This document shows, in pieces, positions 26,623-39,500 of a stretch of 64,000 bases of DNA (positions within the stretch are counted from its first letter, which is position 1; each line of letters starts with the position of its first letter). The DNA is from Bugula neritina. Its lineage: Eukaryota; Animalia; Bryozoa. The notes beneath the pieces were generated by a model. It ran no database searches, was not told where the DNA came from, and saw nothing but the letters and a program-made list of their open reading frames with translations. A program made the position numbers and the translations under genes. The stretch covers positions 434,001 to 498,000 of the forward strand of contig OZ037765.1 of the NCBI GenBank assembly GCA_964035545.1, in the 5' to 3' direction.

Positions 26623-27044
26623 CAGGGTTGAGGTAATTGTGATTGTAATTAGTTGTAATTGATTACATTTTTTCAAGTAATTGAAAGTAATTTGTAATTG
26701 ATGAATGAAAATGTAATTGTAATTAATTACATAATTGCTAATGTAATTGAATTTTACAATTACTTATAATTACACAACAATTCTTTCGAATTTTGTAAAA
26801 TTCATATTTTTCCTGCCTTGTCTACAATTAATAAAAAATTCAGATTAATTTAATCTTATATTTATGACGCTATTCGTTACTGTTGAGAACAAGGAAGGTT
26901 TTCTGTTGTCAAAATTGCCCTGGGTAGTTCGACCCCAGAAGTGAGATTATTTAACTTTTATTTGTCTCTTGTGACAACAAAAGTAATTACCATGTAATTG
27001 CAATTGTAATTAATTACATTCATATTTAATTGACCCCAACCCTG
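26623..27044. mobile_element. Non-autonomous TIR element (MITE, hAT-like termini), ~420 bp
   Basis: Left CAGGGTTGAGGTAATT versus reverse complement of right end CAGGGTTGGGGTCAATT; many subterminal GTAATT/AATTAC motifs; imperfect possible 8-bp TSD (CTATTTAG / GTATTTAG, offset by 2 nt). Confidence 0.7.
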
Positions 27045-27506
27045 CAGTATTTAGAGGGTGAGCTTTCCTATCAATATGATTTTAATAAATTGCAGTGGAG
27101 ATATAAAGGAGTCATCGCCAAGTGAAACTAACTTTTTTCATAGAAGGTTTAAATGCACTTTTTAGAACAAGAATATCCCCCTTCCCTGCATACAACCATC
27201 TGTATCCACCACCTTATCATAGTGTCGAACTCAACAGGGAGGGACAACTCTGATATAACAAAATATTGTTATGGTAGATGCTAGTTGAACTCAACAGAAT
27301 TTTTATTATTCATTTATTTGATACAAGAATGAGTAAAGAAATAGAAAATAATGCAAGAAAATCTTTACAGTCAAACAATAATAATAATAATAATAGGAGA
27401 CAGAAGTTTCAGGAAAGACACCATGTTCTGATAATGACAATTGAGTATAGACAGACTGAGAAAAGTAACTAGTACAGCATCAAGTGTTGAGCCAAGGTGA
27501 AGGTCA

Positions 27507-30500
27507 CTAATTAGTGCCACCCTTGGTGGTGCTCTGCCTCAGAAACTCGCCAATCAGGTTGTCCGGGAGAGACTTCTTAGCCTGGGAGAAGAGAACAGAG
27601 ACTCTGCTGAGGTCTCCGTGAGCTTGTTCCCAGGCCATGGCGTCCAGCCACACGTCTGCAACAGTAATATGACCTCTAGAGTAGCTAGAGTAACTAGACC
27701 TCTACACCTTATACAGAAATTAGCGTATTGCGCAGCCAGCGAAACAAAGGAAACGCCATCTCTTTGTTAACTTCAGTGTAGCCACAGATCTCACAGTCTT
27801 CACTACACATACAGAGAAGGGAGAGGTACCAGCCCAGCCCTGCTGTGTGTAAGTAAAGAGCTGAGGCCAGCCCAGCAGATATTATCAGATGGAAGGGGTC
27901 TTAAGATAGAATCAGCTGAGATATTATCTACAGCATAGCATAGCATAGAGGGGTGGGGGGAGGAGAGACGGCACAGTAACACAGACTAGCAGGTATAAGG
28001 TCCACAGTCTAACTAGTTAACAGATTTGGCTGAGCTCTCTGCATTGTCTCACACAGCAGCTACACTAGCCTGCTATCAGGTATCACACAATAGAAAGGAC
28101 GACTCCTAACTCACCTGCATACTATTTACTAGAGTGGAATGGAAACCGTGTACTGCTGAAATAACAAACTTACCAACTGATTTGGTGCCGAATTCTTGGG
28201 TCAAGTGAACGTGCGCTGCCCGAACTTTTTCCGAATCAACTTCACACTAGAGAATATGAAATATACAATGTGGAGATAACTTCACACTAGAGAATATGAA
28301 ATATACAATATGGGGATAACTTCACACTAGAGAATATGAAATATACAATGTGGGGATAACTTCACACTAGAGAATATGAAATATACAATGTGGGGATAAC
28401 TTCACACTAGAGAATATGAAATATACAATGTGGGGATAACTTCACACTAGAGAATATGAAATATACAATGTGGGGATAACTTCACACTAGAGAACATGAA
28501 ATATACAATGTGGGGATAACTTCACACTAGAGAACATGAAATATACCATGTGGGGATAACTTCACACTAGAGAACATGAAATATACCATGTGGGGATAAC
28601 GAGCTCCGAAGGTGCAGACAAACAGACAGACTGACCTGAGAATTCTCGATGTCTATGTACTGCTTGAAGAATTCTTCCCTCAGACCGACAGTACGTCTGA
28701 GTCTCTTGTAGAGAGCTCTGGTCTTGTTGATACCTCTGAATAGGAACATCCAGTCGAGGTATTTCTCCTTGAGGACTGCAGCTAGGGACTCCTCACACTC
28801 CCCCACTCCAATCTGCAAGGGAACACAGGCTATGGGGCTACATTATACAGAGTATGTAATACACAGCAATATGGTATATAATATACAGTAACACGGTATG
28901 TAATACATAGTAATACAGTATATAATACACAGTAATACAGTATATAATACACAGTAATACGGTATGTAATACATAGTAATACAGTATATAATATACAGTA
29001 ACACGGTATATAATACACAGTAATACGGTATATAATACGCAGTAATACGGTATATAATACACAGTAATACGGTATATAACACACAGTAATACGGTATATA
29101 ATACACAGTAATACGGTATATAATACACAGTAATACGGTATATAATACACAGTAATATGGTATATAATACACAGTAATACGGTATATAATACACAGTAAT
29201 ACAGTATATAACACACAGTAATACGGTATATAACACACAGTAATACGGTATAGTACCTCGAAGAGAGTTGCTGTGTGGAGGTCTGTGTAGGCGTTAGCAG
29301 AGAGGGAGAGGACGACTTCCCAAACTCTCAGCGTGTCCTGCGGGTAGACAGTGTAAGCATATCAACATCTCATATCACACGAACCAATCAGCTGGCTGTT
29401 CTCAACTATCTGACCAATCACAACTCACCTTCCTCACTTTTCTCGTCTCGATAAAGAGGTTGTGCGCTGCCTCACAGCCCTTCTTCTCAGCGAGGTAGAG
29501 GAGGTAGTTACACCAGAGGTCCTGCGATTGAGGGAACAGCTGAACTCCTTTACTAAACAGCTCCAGTGTGAGGTCACCGTCAGCGTAGTATTGGTATATC
29601 TTCACCTGTCAGACAGAGTACTTACTGTATATTATACTTACTGTATATTACACTTACTGTATATTATACTTACTGTATATTATACTTACTGTGTATCATA
29701 CTTACTGTATAGTACACTTACTGTATATTATACTTACTCTATATTATACTTACTCTATACTGTATATTATACTTACTGTATATTATACTTACTGTATATC
29801 ATACTTACTCTATACTGTATATTACACTTACTGTATATTATACTTACTGTATATTATACTTACTGTATATTATACTTACTGTATATTACACTTACTCTAT
29901 ACTGTATATTATACTTACTGTATATTATACTTACTGTGTATCATACTTACTGTATATTATACTTACTGTGTATTATACTTACTGTATATTATACTTACTG
30001 TATATTATACTTACTGTATATTATACTTACTGTATAGTATACTTACTGAATATTATACTTACTGTATATTATACTTACTGTATATTATACTTACTGTATA
30101 GTACACTTACTGTATATTATACTTACTGTATATTATACTTACTGTATATCATACTTACTGTATATGATACTTACTGTGTATTATACTTACTGTGTATTAT
30201 ACTTACTCTATACTGTATATTACACTTACTGTATATTATACTTACTGTATATTATACTTACTGTATATCATACTTACTGTATATTATACTTACTGTGTAT
30301 TATACTTACTCTATACTGTATATTACTCTATACTGTATATTATACTTACTGTATATTATACTTACTGTATAGTACACTTACTGTATATTATACTTACTGT
30401 ATATTATACTTACTGTATATCATACTTACTGTATATTATACTTACTGTGTATCATACTTACTGTATATTATACTTACTGTATATTACACTTACTGTATAT

Positions 30501-33500
30501 TATACTTACTGTATATTATACTTACTGTATATTACACTTACTGTATATTATACTTACTGTATATTACACTTACTGTATATTATACTTACTGTATATTATA
30601 CTTACTGTATATTATACTTACTGTATATTATACTTACTGTATATTACACTTACTGTATATTATACTTACTGTATATTACACTTACTCTATATTATACTTA
30701 CTGTATATTATACTTACTGTATATTATACTTACTGTATATTACACTTACCCATAGAATCATCCAGAACTCCGAGAGAGAACCGAATCTCTCCACGAAGGC
30801 GAGGAGAAGGAGGAACTTCTGGGTGGTGGTGGGACAGGGGGAGAGCTGTAACAGTCTGTAGTTTATGTTGAGGAACACGTCCCACGTTTGTTCTGTAATG
30901 TGGCCAATCACAGCAGATGTTAGTAAATCTGAGCAGGAATTAGCCAATCAGATCTGAGATAACTCTCACTGACTGAAAGAAGGTTGAGACTAGAGAGAGA
31001 AATGTACTATAGAGTCACGTGATGAGTGAGTTACAGTGTAGATGTTGGCTAGTGAGTAGATAGAATGAGACAAGCAGCTGGCTGTATGCAGACAGACAGG
31101 GGGTGCTATTATTCCTGTATTAACTAAATAATGTAATATAATAGAGGAATAATGTATTACATACAGGTGTTTAGTTGGTGAGTCACACACTATGAGCTGG
31201 CAGGGAAGGTACAGGGAATTGTCTTCCCTTCCCAGTGGAAGTGAATAGAATAACTACTGTAGGAGCACACAGTTGAAGTCATGTCGCGTTGAGCCTCAAT
31301 AATATTTATTAGAAATAAGACAACTTCCAATACCACACGAGTCTTAATCGTTCTAGTCAGTGCCTAGTCAAGGAAAGTGGTATTGTGTGAGTGCAGGGGG
31401 AAGGGGGTGTAGCACACAGTGAGGGGGAGGGGGGTGTAGCACACAGTGAGGGAGGGGGGAGTGTAGCACACAGCGAGGGAGGGGGGAGGGGGTGTAGCAC
31501 ACAGTGAGGGAGGGGGGAGGGGGTGTAGCACACAGTGAAGGAGGAGGTAGATAAGCACCGGCTTCCCATGGACCAATCTCAGATCGATCTTAGAGAGATC
31601 GATCCATCCATGGAAAGACGCCAAAGATCGATCTCCATCGATCTGAGCTGGTCAGTCCGTGGAGCTTGAACTCAGATCGATCTCAAGGCAATAAGACCAT
31701 GGAAAGACGCCAGATCGATCTGAGAAGTAGAAAAAGACTGCGCGCAACAATGTTGTCTGCTAATAAAAATGATAACTTACTGATAATTACTAAGCAAAGT
31801 ATTAAATAATTATGATTGCCACCTTTCCAGATGCCAAAACTTTGACTTTCAGTCCAATGATTAAGAAAACTCAATTATATGCAGTAGAAGGTAGAAAAAA
31901 TGGGAGAATTTAAATTGAATTTAAATGACTGATAAAACTTAGTTTCGTTAGCTATTTTCTATGAAATTTTAAGCCTAACAGTCCTGTAAGTTTATTAATA
32001 ATCTGCAAGACAGCCATTATTGTTATATAAGCCGCCAAGCTAAAAAAATTAAAACTAATTATTTTAAATTGGCTATATTACCATACACTAAAAGCTTTGT
32101 TGCGTATAGTTTATAGCTGGGATTAAATTTTAGACTAAGACCATCTTGTTTTCAACAGTACTCAGTAGTAGCTTTAATCACTCAAATAGATGAACAAATT
32201 ATACTTTTAAAGTATCCTTCACTTAAGAGGAGGCAACTTCGCGAGATCGATCTGACACTCTCATGGAAAAACGATCGATCTGAGCACATTTTCTCAGCGA
32301 GATCGATCTGAGATTGATCTGAGATCGGTAAATGGAAAGCCCGTGAAGTTAATCTTGTCTAGAGGTTATAGTTCAAAGGTTACTGTGTGGTAATAATTCA
32401 CAACATGGCTGCTGTGACAGGAAACATGAAATCTCCTGTCAAAGGAACACAAATGTGCAGCTTCAACGCCGCCAGATATTCAGGTTTGAGAGGAGAATTT
32501 GGCAGAAAAAAGTGGAAACGGATGCATCTGCTTGACAAGTTGTTTTTGAAACAAAAAAGAGATGAAATCTCCACCAGGAGCTGGTAGTGAGGTATGTTTA
32601 CAGCTAGCACTGAGTGTTGATATGTTTACAAGTATAGAATATGTAGCACTCACTAGTTATGTTATATTTACTATGTTAGGGAAGGATTTACAACTTGCAA
32701 TGGACTGTTCACCAGAAAACAAGCTTCAGAAATGAGGTGCAGAATTAAAGTGTTTATAGAATAGCCCTAGCTCCAGTAGAACTGCACACCAGAAGTGGTG
32801 GGGCCTGCGCAATAAATCAGACCCCACCGCACCAATGCTAAACTCTATAGACTGAAGCTAGGTAAAGACTCTGTAGCCAGCTGTGAAGGTGCAGGTAGCA
32901 CAAGGAGTGTGGTTAAGGTGGAATATAACATGGTGGAGTTTTGCATAATACCAACACCTATCAATATGTAATAATCAATACTTGTTGGAATTAATTTACA
33001 CAAATAATAATATCTTCAGGTTGGGTGGCAGGTAGGTTGATGGATGGAATATTTAGAGAAGAAAGCTGAATAAATTATAACCGAGCAGCTAAGAGAGATG
33101 AAGTAAAGAAGTATTATCACGTAGCAGCAGTAGCAGCAGTAGCAGCAGCAGTAGCAACAGCAGTAGCAGCAGGGAGGTATGTACTTGCGTTTGCAACCAA
33201 GCTTGGAGAAAATTTGCCCCCAACAAAAGTTTCTCAAATACCAACAAAATTGTTTCCCAATTAATAAATTTCTAAACAAATAATTGTGGCTGGTCGTGTG
33301 TTTCAATGATAGAATTTAATTACTGAATATTTTAGCATATAATATTGAGAGTATTGAAAAGAAACAAGAATATTATGCATATTAATATGCAGCCCAGTAC
33401 ACATTAGCATATCTAATGGAAGGAATGGACCACCACTCGCTCTAATTACAGACCTGGAGGAGCACAATGCAGCCAATTAAACACTTATTCTAACCATTTC

Positions 33501-36500
33501 TATTTTATCTCTTTTATAATCTAGAATTTTACACATATCTTACACATTAGGCCTTTGAATACCCTTGAGACAGAGAGACTGTAACCTCAAACAGCTCTAT
33601 CGTCTGCTGTCATTACTCGTTAGACATGATGCAGAAGACTCATTAATTAAAGCCACAAAAATTCCGCTATGATGAATATCTTTTTAAAGTGATAAAAATA
33701 CAATAAAATACAGAAATGAATTATTTATAAAATAATCAGTTTACTTTGTTTCAACTACTCAAGAATTTCCCAGCAGACCTTTCAAATATTTCATAGCTGA
33801 CTGCAGCCCAACTGTTACTTGGTAGTGAAGTATTAACCAACAGCTGGTAAAGGTTTGTTTCCATGAGAGTTTAAGGTGCAAAAAATGTTTTTGTGTTGAA
33901 AGGAACATAAAACGGATAAAAAGGTGATCAATTATATTGATGGAGATGATATAGCAGGAGGATGGAGTCAATTCTATCATATAAATCACTAGAGCAATAA
34001 TTACTCCTAGAAATGTGTAATTTAAACCTAGAAAATTCATTACCTTGTTTGAAAATAGATTAATGTACAACAAATAGGGCACTTATGGTAAACAATGGAC
34101 TGGCCAAATTGTATTATATTGTAATAAATATTATAATCCAATATATTTCATTGATACATTATGATGAATTATAATATTATAATATATGACACTATTAACA
34201 TATAGTAATATATTTCAGGTGTTTTAGACCCACATACTTTTATAATCTATTTATTACTAACAAAAAAAATGCTTGTAACTAACTATTTTACTTTTCTCAT
34301 GTTATTTGTCACTACTAACCACCTCAACTCAAATATTGAATATTGGAAATGGATTGACAGCCAGAACAAGTTCAGCACTGCTCATAATTCACGCAACAAG
34401 TAGTAAATAACTGGCTCAGCCCTAGTAAATGCCCTCCATTTCAGAGAGAAAACTTCAAGTGAGATGAAGAGTAGAATTGGAGAAGATATCTGTACTGAAA
34501 GGTGCAGTTGGGAGTGACTGTGGTTTAGAGAACATATTTTCATATGAGTATAAATTAAATAGATTAGAATGATTAACATTATCACCCTATTGTCTGCCCC
34601 ACAATGTAAACAAAGGACTATAAACTCCGTCTAGTAGATAGCACATGGTGCGTGCAGACAGTAGTGAGGTGTCAGCCAATCACCACTGAGGTTACATGAA
34701 GCTAGTCACCCTATTGGCTAGTAAACTGAGCCTGAGGGGATGTAGTGGAGATATTTATGAGAGAATAACAGAGAGTATATACTAGTAGTTGGGAGTCGTG
34801 CAGCATACCTGCACAGGTAATATTAATACAGGTAATAGTAATACAGGTAATGTTAATACAGGTAATACTACATCAGAGCTAGACACTTGGACAGTTACAT
34901 GGTTGGCATTGATCAAGAGGTAAGACTAGATATATAGATATATTGATTGATTGATTACATAATATGTTAGCATTGTGAGCTTGATATACTGAGAGCTTGG
35001 TAAAACCAGCTGAACACACAGTTATATCTTATTGCATGCTATCAAAGAGCACTAAATAGAAAAGAGAGAGCTAGATACTGTAGTTGTAGCAGTAATTTTC
35101 TGCTCTTAGATTGAGAAAACAAGATTTTAAAGAGATGAATGCTAGCTTAACCACTGTTACACTTTATATACACATATTTTATACTATGTCAATAACCTTG
35201 TATACACAATACATGCACACCTTTTAGTGAAGTAGTAGCATCATTACACACTACAAGATTTGTTTCTTTAACAATGATAGTAATTGCTGGCAGGTGTAAT
35301 GGCCTGTGAGGTGTGTACTGGTAGACTATACAGTGTGTAGTGGTAGACTATACAGTGTGTAGTGGTATACTATACAGTGTGTAGTGGTATACTATACAGT
35401 GTATACTGGTATACTATACAGTGTATACTGGTATACTATACAGTGTATACTGGTATACTATACAGTGTATACTGGTATACTATACAGTGTGTACTGGTAT
35501 ACTATACAGTGTGTACTGGTATACTATACAGTGTGTACTGGTATACTATACAGTGTGTACTGGTATACTATACAGTGTGTACTGGTATACTATACAGTGT
35601 GTACTGGTATACTATACAGTGTGTACTGGTATACTATACAGTGTGTACTGGTATACTATACACTATACAGTGTGTACTGGTATACTATACAGTGTGTAGT
35701 GAATAGAGTTGAGTTAGTGCTCCGGCAGTCTTTTTATTGCACAGAGTTGAACATTTCTATACGTAGATCGACTGGGGGTTCAGGGAGATAGACTGAGGGT
35801 TCAGGGAGATAGAATGCTATTCAGTTACAATAAACATGTCACATGCAATCAGTGTGACATGTGGACAAGCAGTGCCAACTGCTCTCCAATTGCTCCCTTG
35901 TCCAACATCAAAGTGAATTTTATCCAGAGCTATAACAATTATTTTCTGCTCCGTGATGAAATAAAGACAGTGTTTTGACATGGGATAGCCAGTGCTTTGA
36001 TGAACATGGCTTTTATGTAGATTATTAGATTTATTTTGGTAATACAGTAAATAACTGTTTGGGTAGCATGACTCTACTTACTTACCCTGCTATTGCATTT
36101 ACCCTACCTCTATACTTACTCTACCTCTATACTTACTCTACCTCTATACTTACTCTACCTCTATACTTACTCTACCTCTATACTTACTCTACCTCTATAC
36201 TTACTCTACCTCTATACTTACTCTACCTCTATACTTACTCTACCTCTATACTTACTCTACCTCTATACTTACTCTACCTCTATACTTACTCTACTGTTGC
36301 AAGTTTTGGTGCAATCTACACAAACTAAAATGCCAGCTAACTTGCAGTTTCAAGACTTGTTGGTTATTGTTGACTTGTTACTTTCTATTCAACAGAAACT
36401 TGAGTACACACTACTACTATCTAAATAATTCATCATTTTTCAACAAATTCTACAAATAGTTTAGCCAGTGCATCTTCTGTTATGATTGTTTACATTTTGC

Positions 36501-39500
36501 GTAGAGAGAAATATTGAGTGCAGGAGCTAGTTGTTGGTTGAATAGATAAGTTGTGAGTGACCCTGTGTGTAGAGATGTTAGTTTGATATGTCCACTGACA
36601 CAGAATGTAAAACATCATGCTATACCGCACCTTGCATTCCTCTATCAACTCAACAAAAGAGGCTTTGTTATCTCACAAACAAGTATGATGTTTCGCACGC
36701 ACTGTATAACCAAGATACCTCGGTCTAAACTAGCAGGAAACTTTTCAGTATAGCTGAGTAAATGTGTTAATACTTCAGAGTAGAACAGATGCTGCTCGGC
36801 ATCATGTAAATGTGGTGGTGGTTGCTGCATGTGGGAACTTCATTATGCAAATGTTTTGTTTTGTTCTGTGAGGGGTAAATGCTAATGAGATTGAGGTTTA
36901 TGAAATATTCATATCCCGGAGGTACATCAGCCCAACTGTTGGCAACTGCTGTGTAAGATTATAGTAATTTATGTTAACTGAATGTTTGGTAGTCTATGGA
37001 ACAAAGGGCTGAGCAGTTGGAAAGCTTCACGGAGCAGTTCAGTCAAATGTGGAAGCTTCGAAAAGCTCGTTCTATATTTAGGGAGTTTCTGTGCAATTTT
37101 GTAGCCAACTTTTGACTGAATAATTGCTAGGCTAGCAGACATTTGTCTGGGGAGAGAGGTGAGTGGTCTGGGGGTATAAACAGAGTGACTGTGAGAGGGT
37201 AGACTTGAGAGGGATGCAGTATCGCTTACACAATACTCTGTTTGTATTCAACATGATTGATTAATTAGCCCAATTACCTGCAGCTTATTGTCACATGAAT
37301 GGTTTGTGTAACATTGATCAACAGCCTCTTTAGCAAGCTACTGAATTAATCAAAGCAAGAACTGAGTATAAATATTTTATACTTGAGAGTACAACAAATC
37401 TTTGTATTACTCCATTGCTGTATTCTACTGCAAGGTGCAACATCTAATACTCAAATATTGGCAGCGTTTTGCCTCACAAAACACTGCATGACCATCTTTC
37501 AGTGGATTACTTCAGTATTCATTTTTAATAAACAAGAAATGCTTTTTTTTGGCTGTGGTAATACATAAACAAATATTGCACAAATACCAGAGAGTATTTT
37601 AACATGAATAATTTGACTCCAGTCTCCAATATTTGAACAGAGAGAATTGTACCAATGAGAGTATTTGTTGGAAAAGTGTAGCTACAACTACTAACAGCTC
37701 AATAATCACTTCGCTAAACAAACAATGTGTTCAAACAACTGGAGAAATATTGTCCAGGTGCAAACATTTGTGATTTCATCTCTCAGCTAAATGTTAATTG
37801 AAGACTATACAATGAAGAGTATTGAGAGAGGATATGATGAGAGCAAAGTTGAATGCAGGCAAAACTGCTGAAGGTTTAGCAAGGGGCAAGTGAACACCAA
37901 CAGCAGGAAAAATCAATTTTTTGGATATACAAGAGTATTTCACAAGAGCAGTTCACTAGAGCAAATATGATGCAGGTGGTGCTGCAAATGATGGGGGGTA
38001 TCAGTTGAAAAGATGTCCCTTTCAACACCTGGCTGTTGGTTCACACCTACTCATGAAAATTAGCTATTATCGTAAATCATAGAGATATTATTCTTGTATC
38101 AAACAATATTGATTCTGTATTTGTTAGGTATACAAAGCAGCAATAAAATACAATCACTAGGAGATTGATTGGTCTGAAGAAGAGAGTACAACATGCCATC
38201 AGACATAGCAGTGCTGTTCTACGTGGGGATACTTATCCCAACCATCATCACCATAGCAGTGTTTCTCGGCTTCCTATTATGTCTGTATAAACACAATCGG
38301 AATAAGAGGCAGCAGGCTAGGCTGACCCACCGAGCGCTGCCAGCCACGCCCCCTCACCACAAGAAAAAGCACAGTTCAGACAAGTGTTCACAGCACAGCG
38401 CCGACAGCGCCATAGACCTGGGAGAGGTGGACACGAGTATAGATGAGAAACTGGGAGGTGCCGGCGTCATACTGGACACGAGGAAACTCCGAGAGAGCCA
38501 CCACGCTTACCAGAACGAGGCAAGTACATTTCATTCTCATATGAGTGGTGTTTGGCATCAAGTGGCCTGTTTTGACACTGTTGGGGAATGAACAAGTTGC
38601 CATTGATAAACAGGATGAGGCACTTCATACCCTTTCTTCATAGCAAGCTGAAACGTTGTCAGAGTTGTGTAAGTAGCACCAATTCAAAGCCACACACTCA
38701 GGGCTAAATTAAAATTCTTCAATATTCCCATGGGCAGAGTAGAACTGCCTGTTCAAACTAATTCAGTAACAACTGATATACATGTTACAGGTGATGCAGC
38801 ATAGTGCAGGAGTAGATGTACACGCTGGAGCTGATGGTACCCTGAGAAAGGGGTTCTACCCTTCAAGGGAGACACTCAGTGCTGAAATACACAGTCCAGT
38901 AAAAATATATGAGAAAATGTCAGACGTTCAGATACTGGCCCTGCAGATACAAGAAAAAGGAGAAATGGATAGAGAATGTGAGAAACAGTTAGTATCGCCA
39001 GGAGACAAGGCGGGGAGAGGTGAGTCAACAATAACCAGGTACCCGAAGGAGAGCTCCATCTCTAGATACACCTCAGCCAGTAAACTGGTGGCTGGTGTAT
39101 GTCCACCTACAAACAATCAGCTGGATAAGTCAGCCACCAACTACGCTGCCTACTCGTCCTCCTGGTATGACTCTACCGACAGCGTCACCGAGTCCAACAG
39201 ACACAACCTTGACATTTATCGACACCAGATGTACAAGTGTAAACCATCGTGGAAACCGAACATAGCGGCCAGTTGCTCCTCTAACACTGATAACTACTCC
39301 TCTATGGAGTCTTCTCAGGTTTAGTGGAGTGAGTAGAAGACAACTTCAAATGATGCAATCATTTGGGAGAATTATCAAACTGAGTGGGTTGCTAAGATGC
39401 TAAACACATCAAACAATCATCAAAACAACTTCAGAACATTTATTTTGAAAAATAACTAACTGGTTGCGTATATGCATGACAATCAATGTGTCTTTTATCA

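Noticed and set aside
28238-28600. Regularly spaced 40-bp repeats resembling a CRISPR array
   Set aside because: Head-to-tail units with no unique spacers, in a eukaryotic intron, with no cas genes.
28830-30871. Cluster of 128-235-aa Y/T/I/L/C-rich ORFs
   Set aside because: Minisatellite translations on both strands within UTP6 introns 13 and 15.
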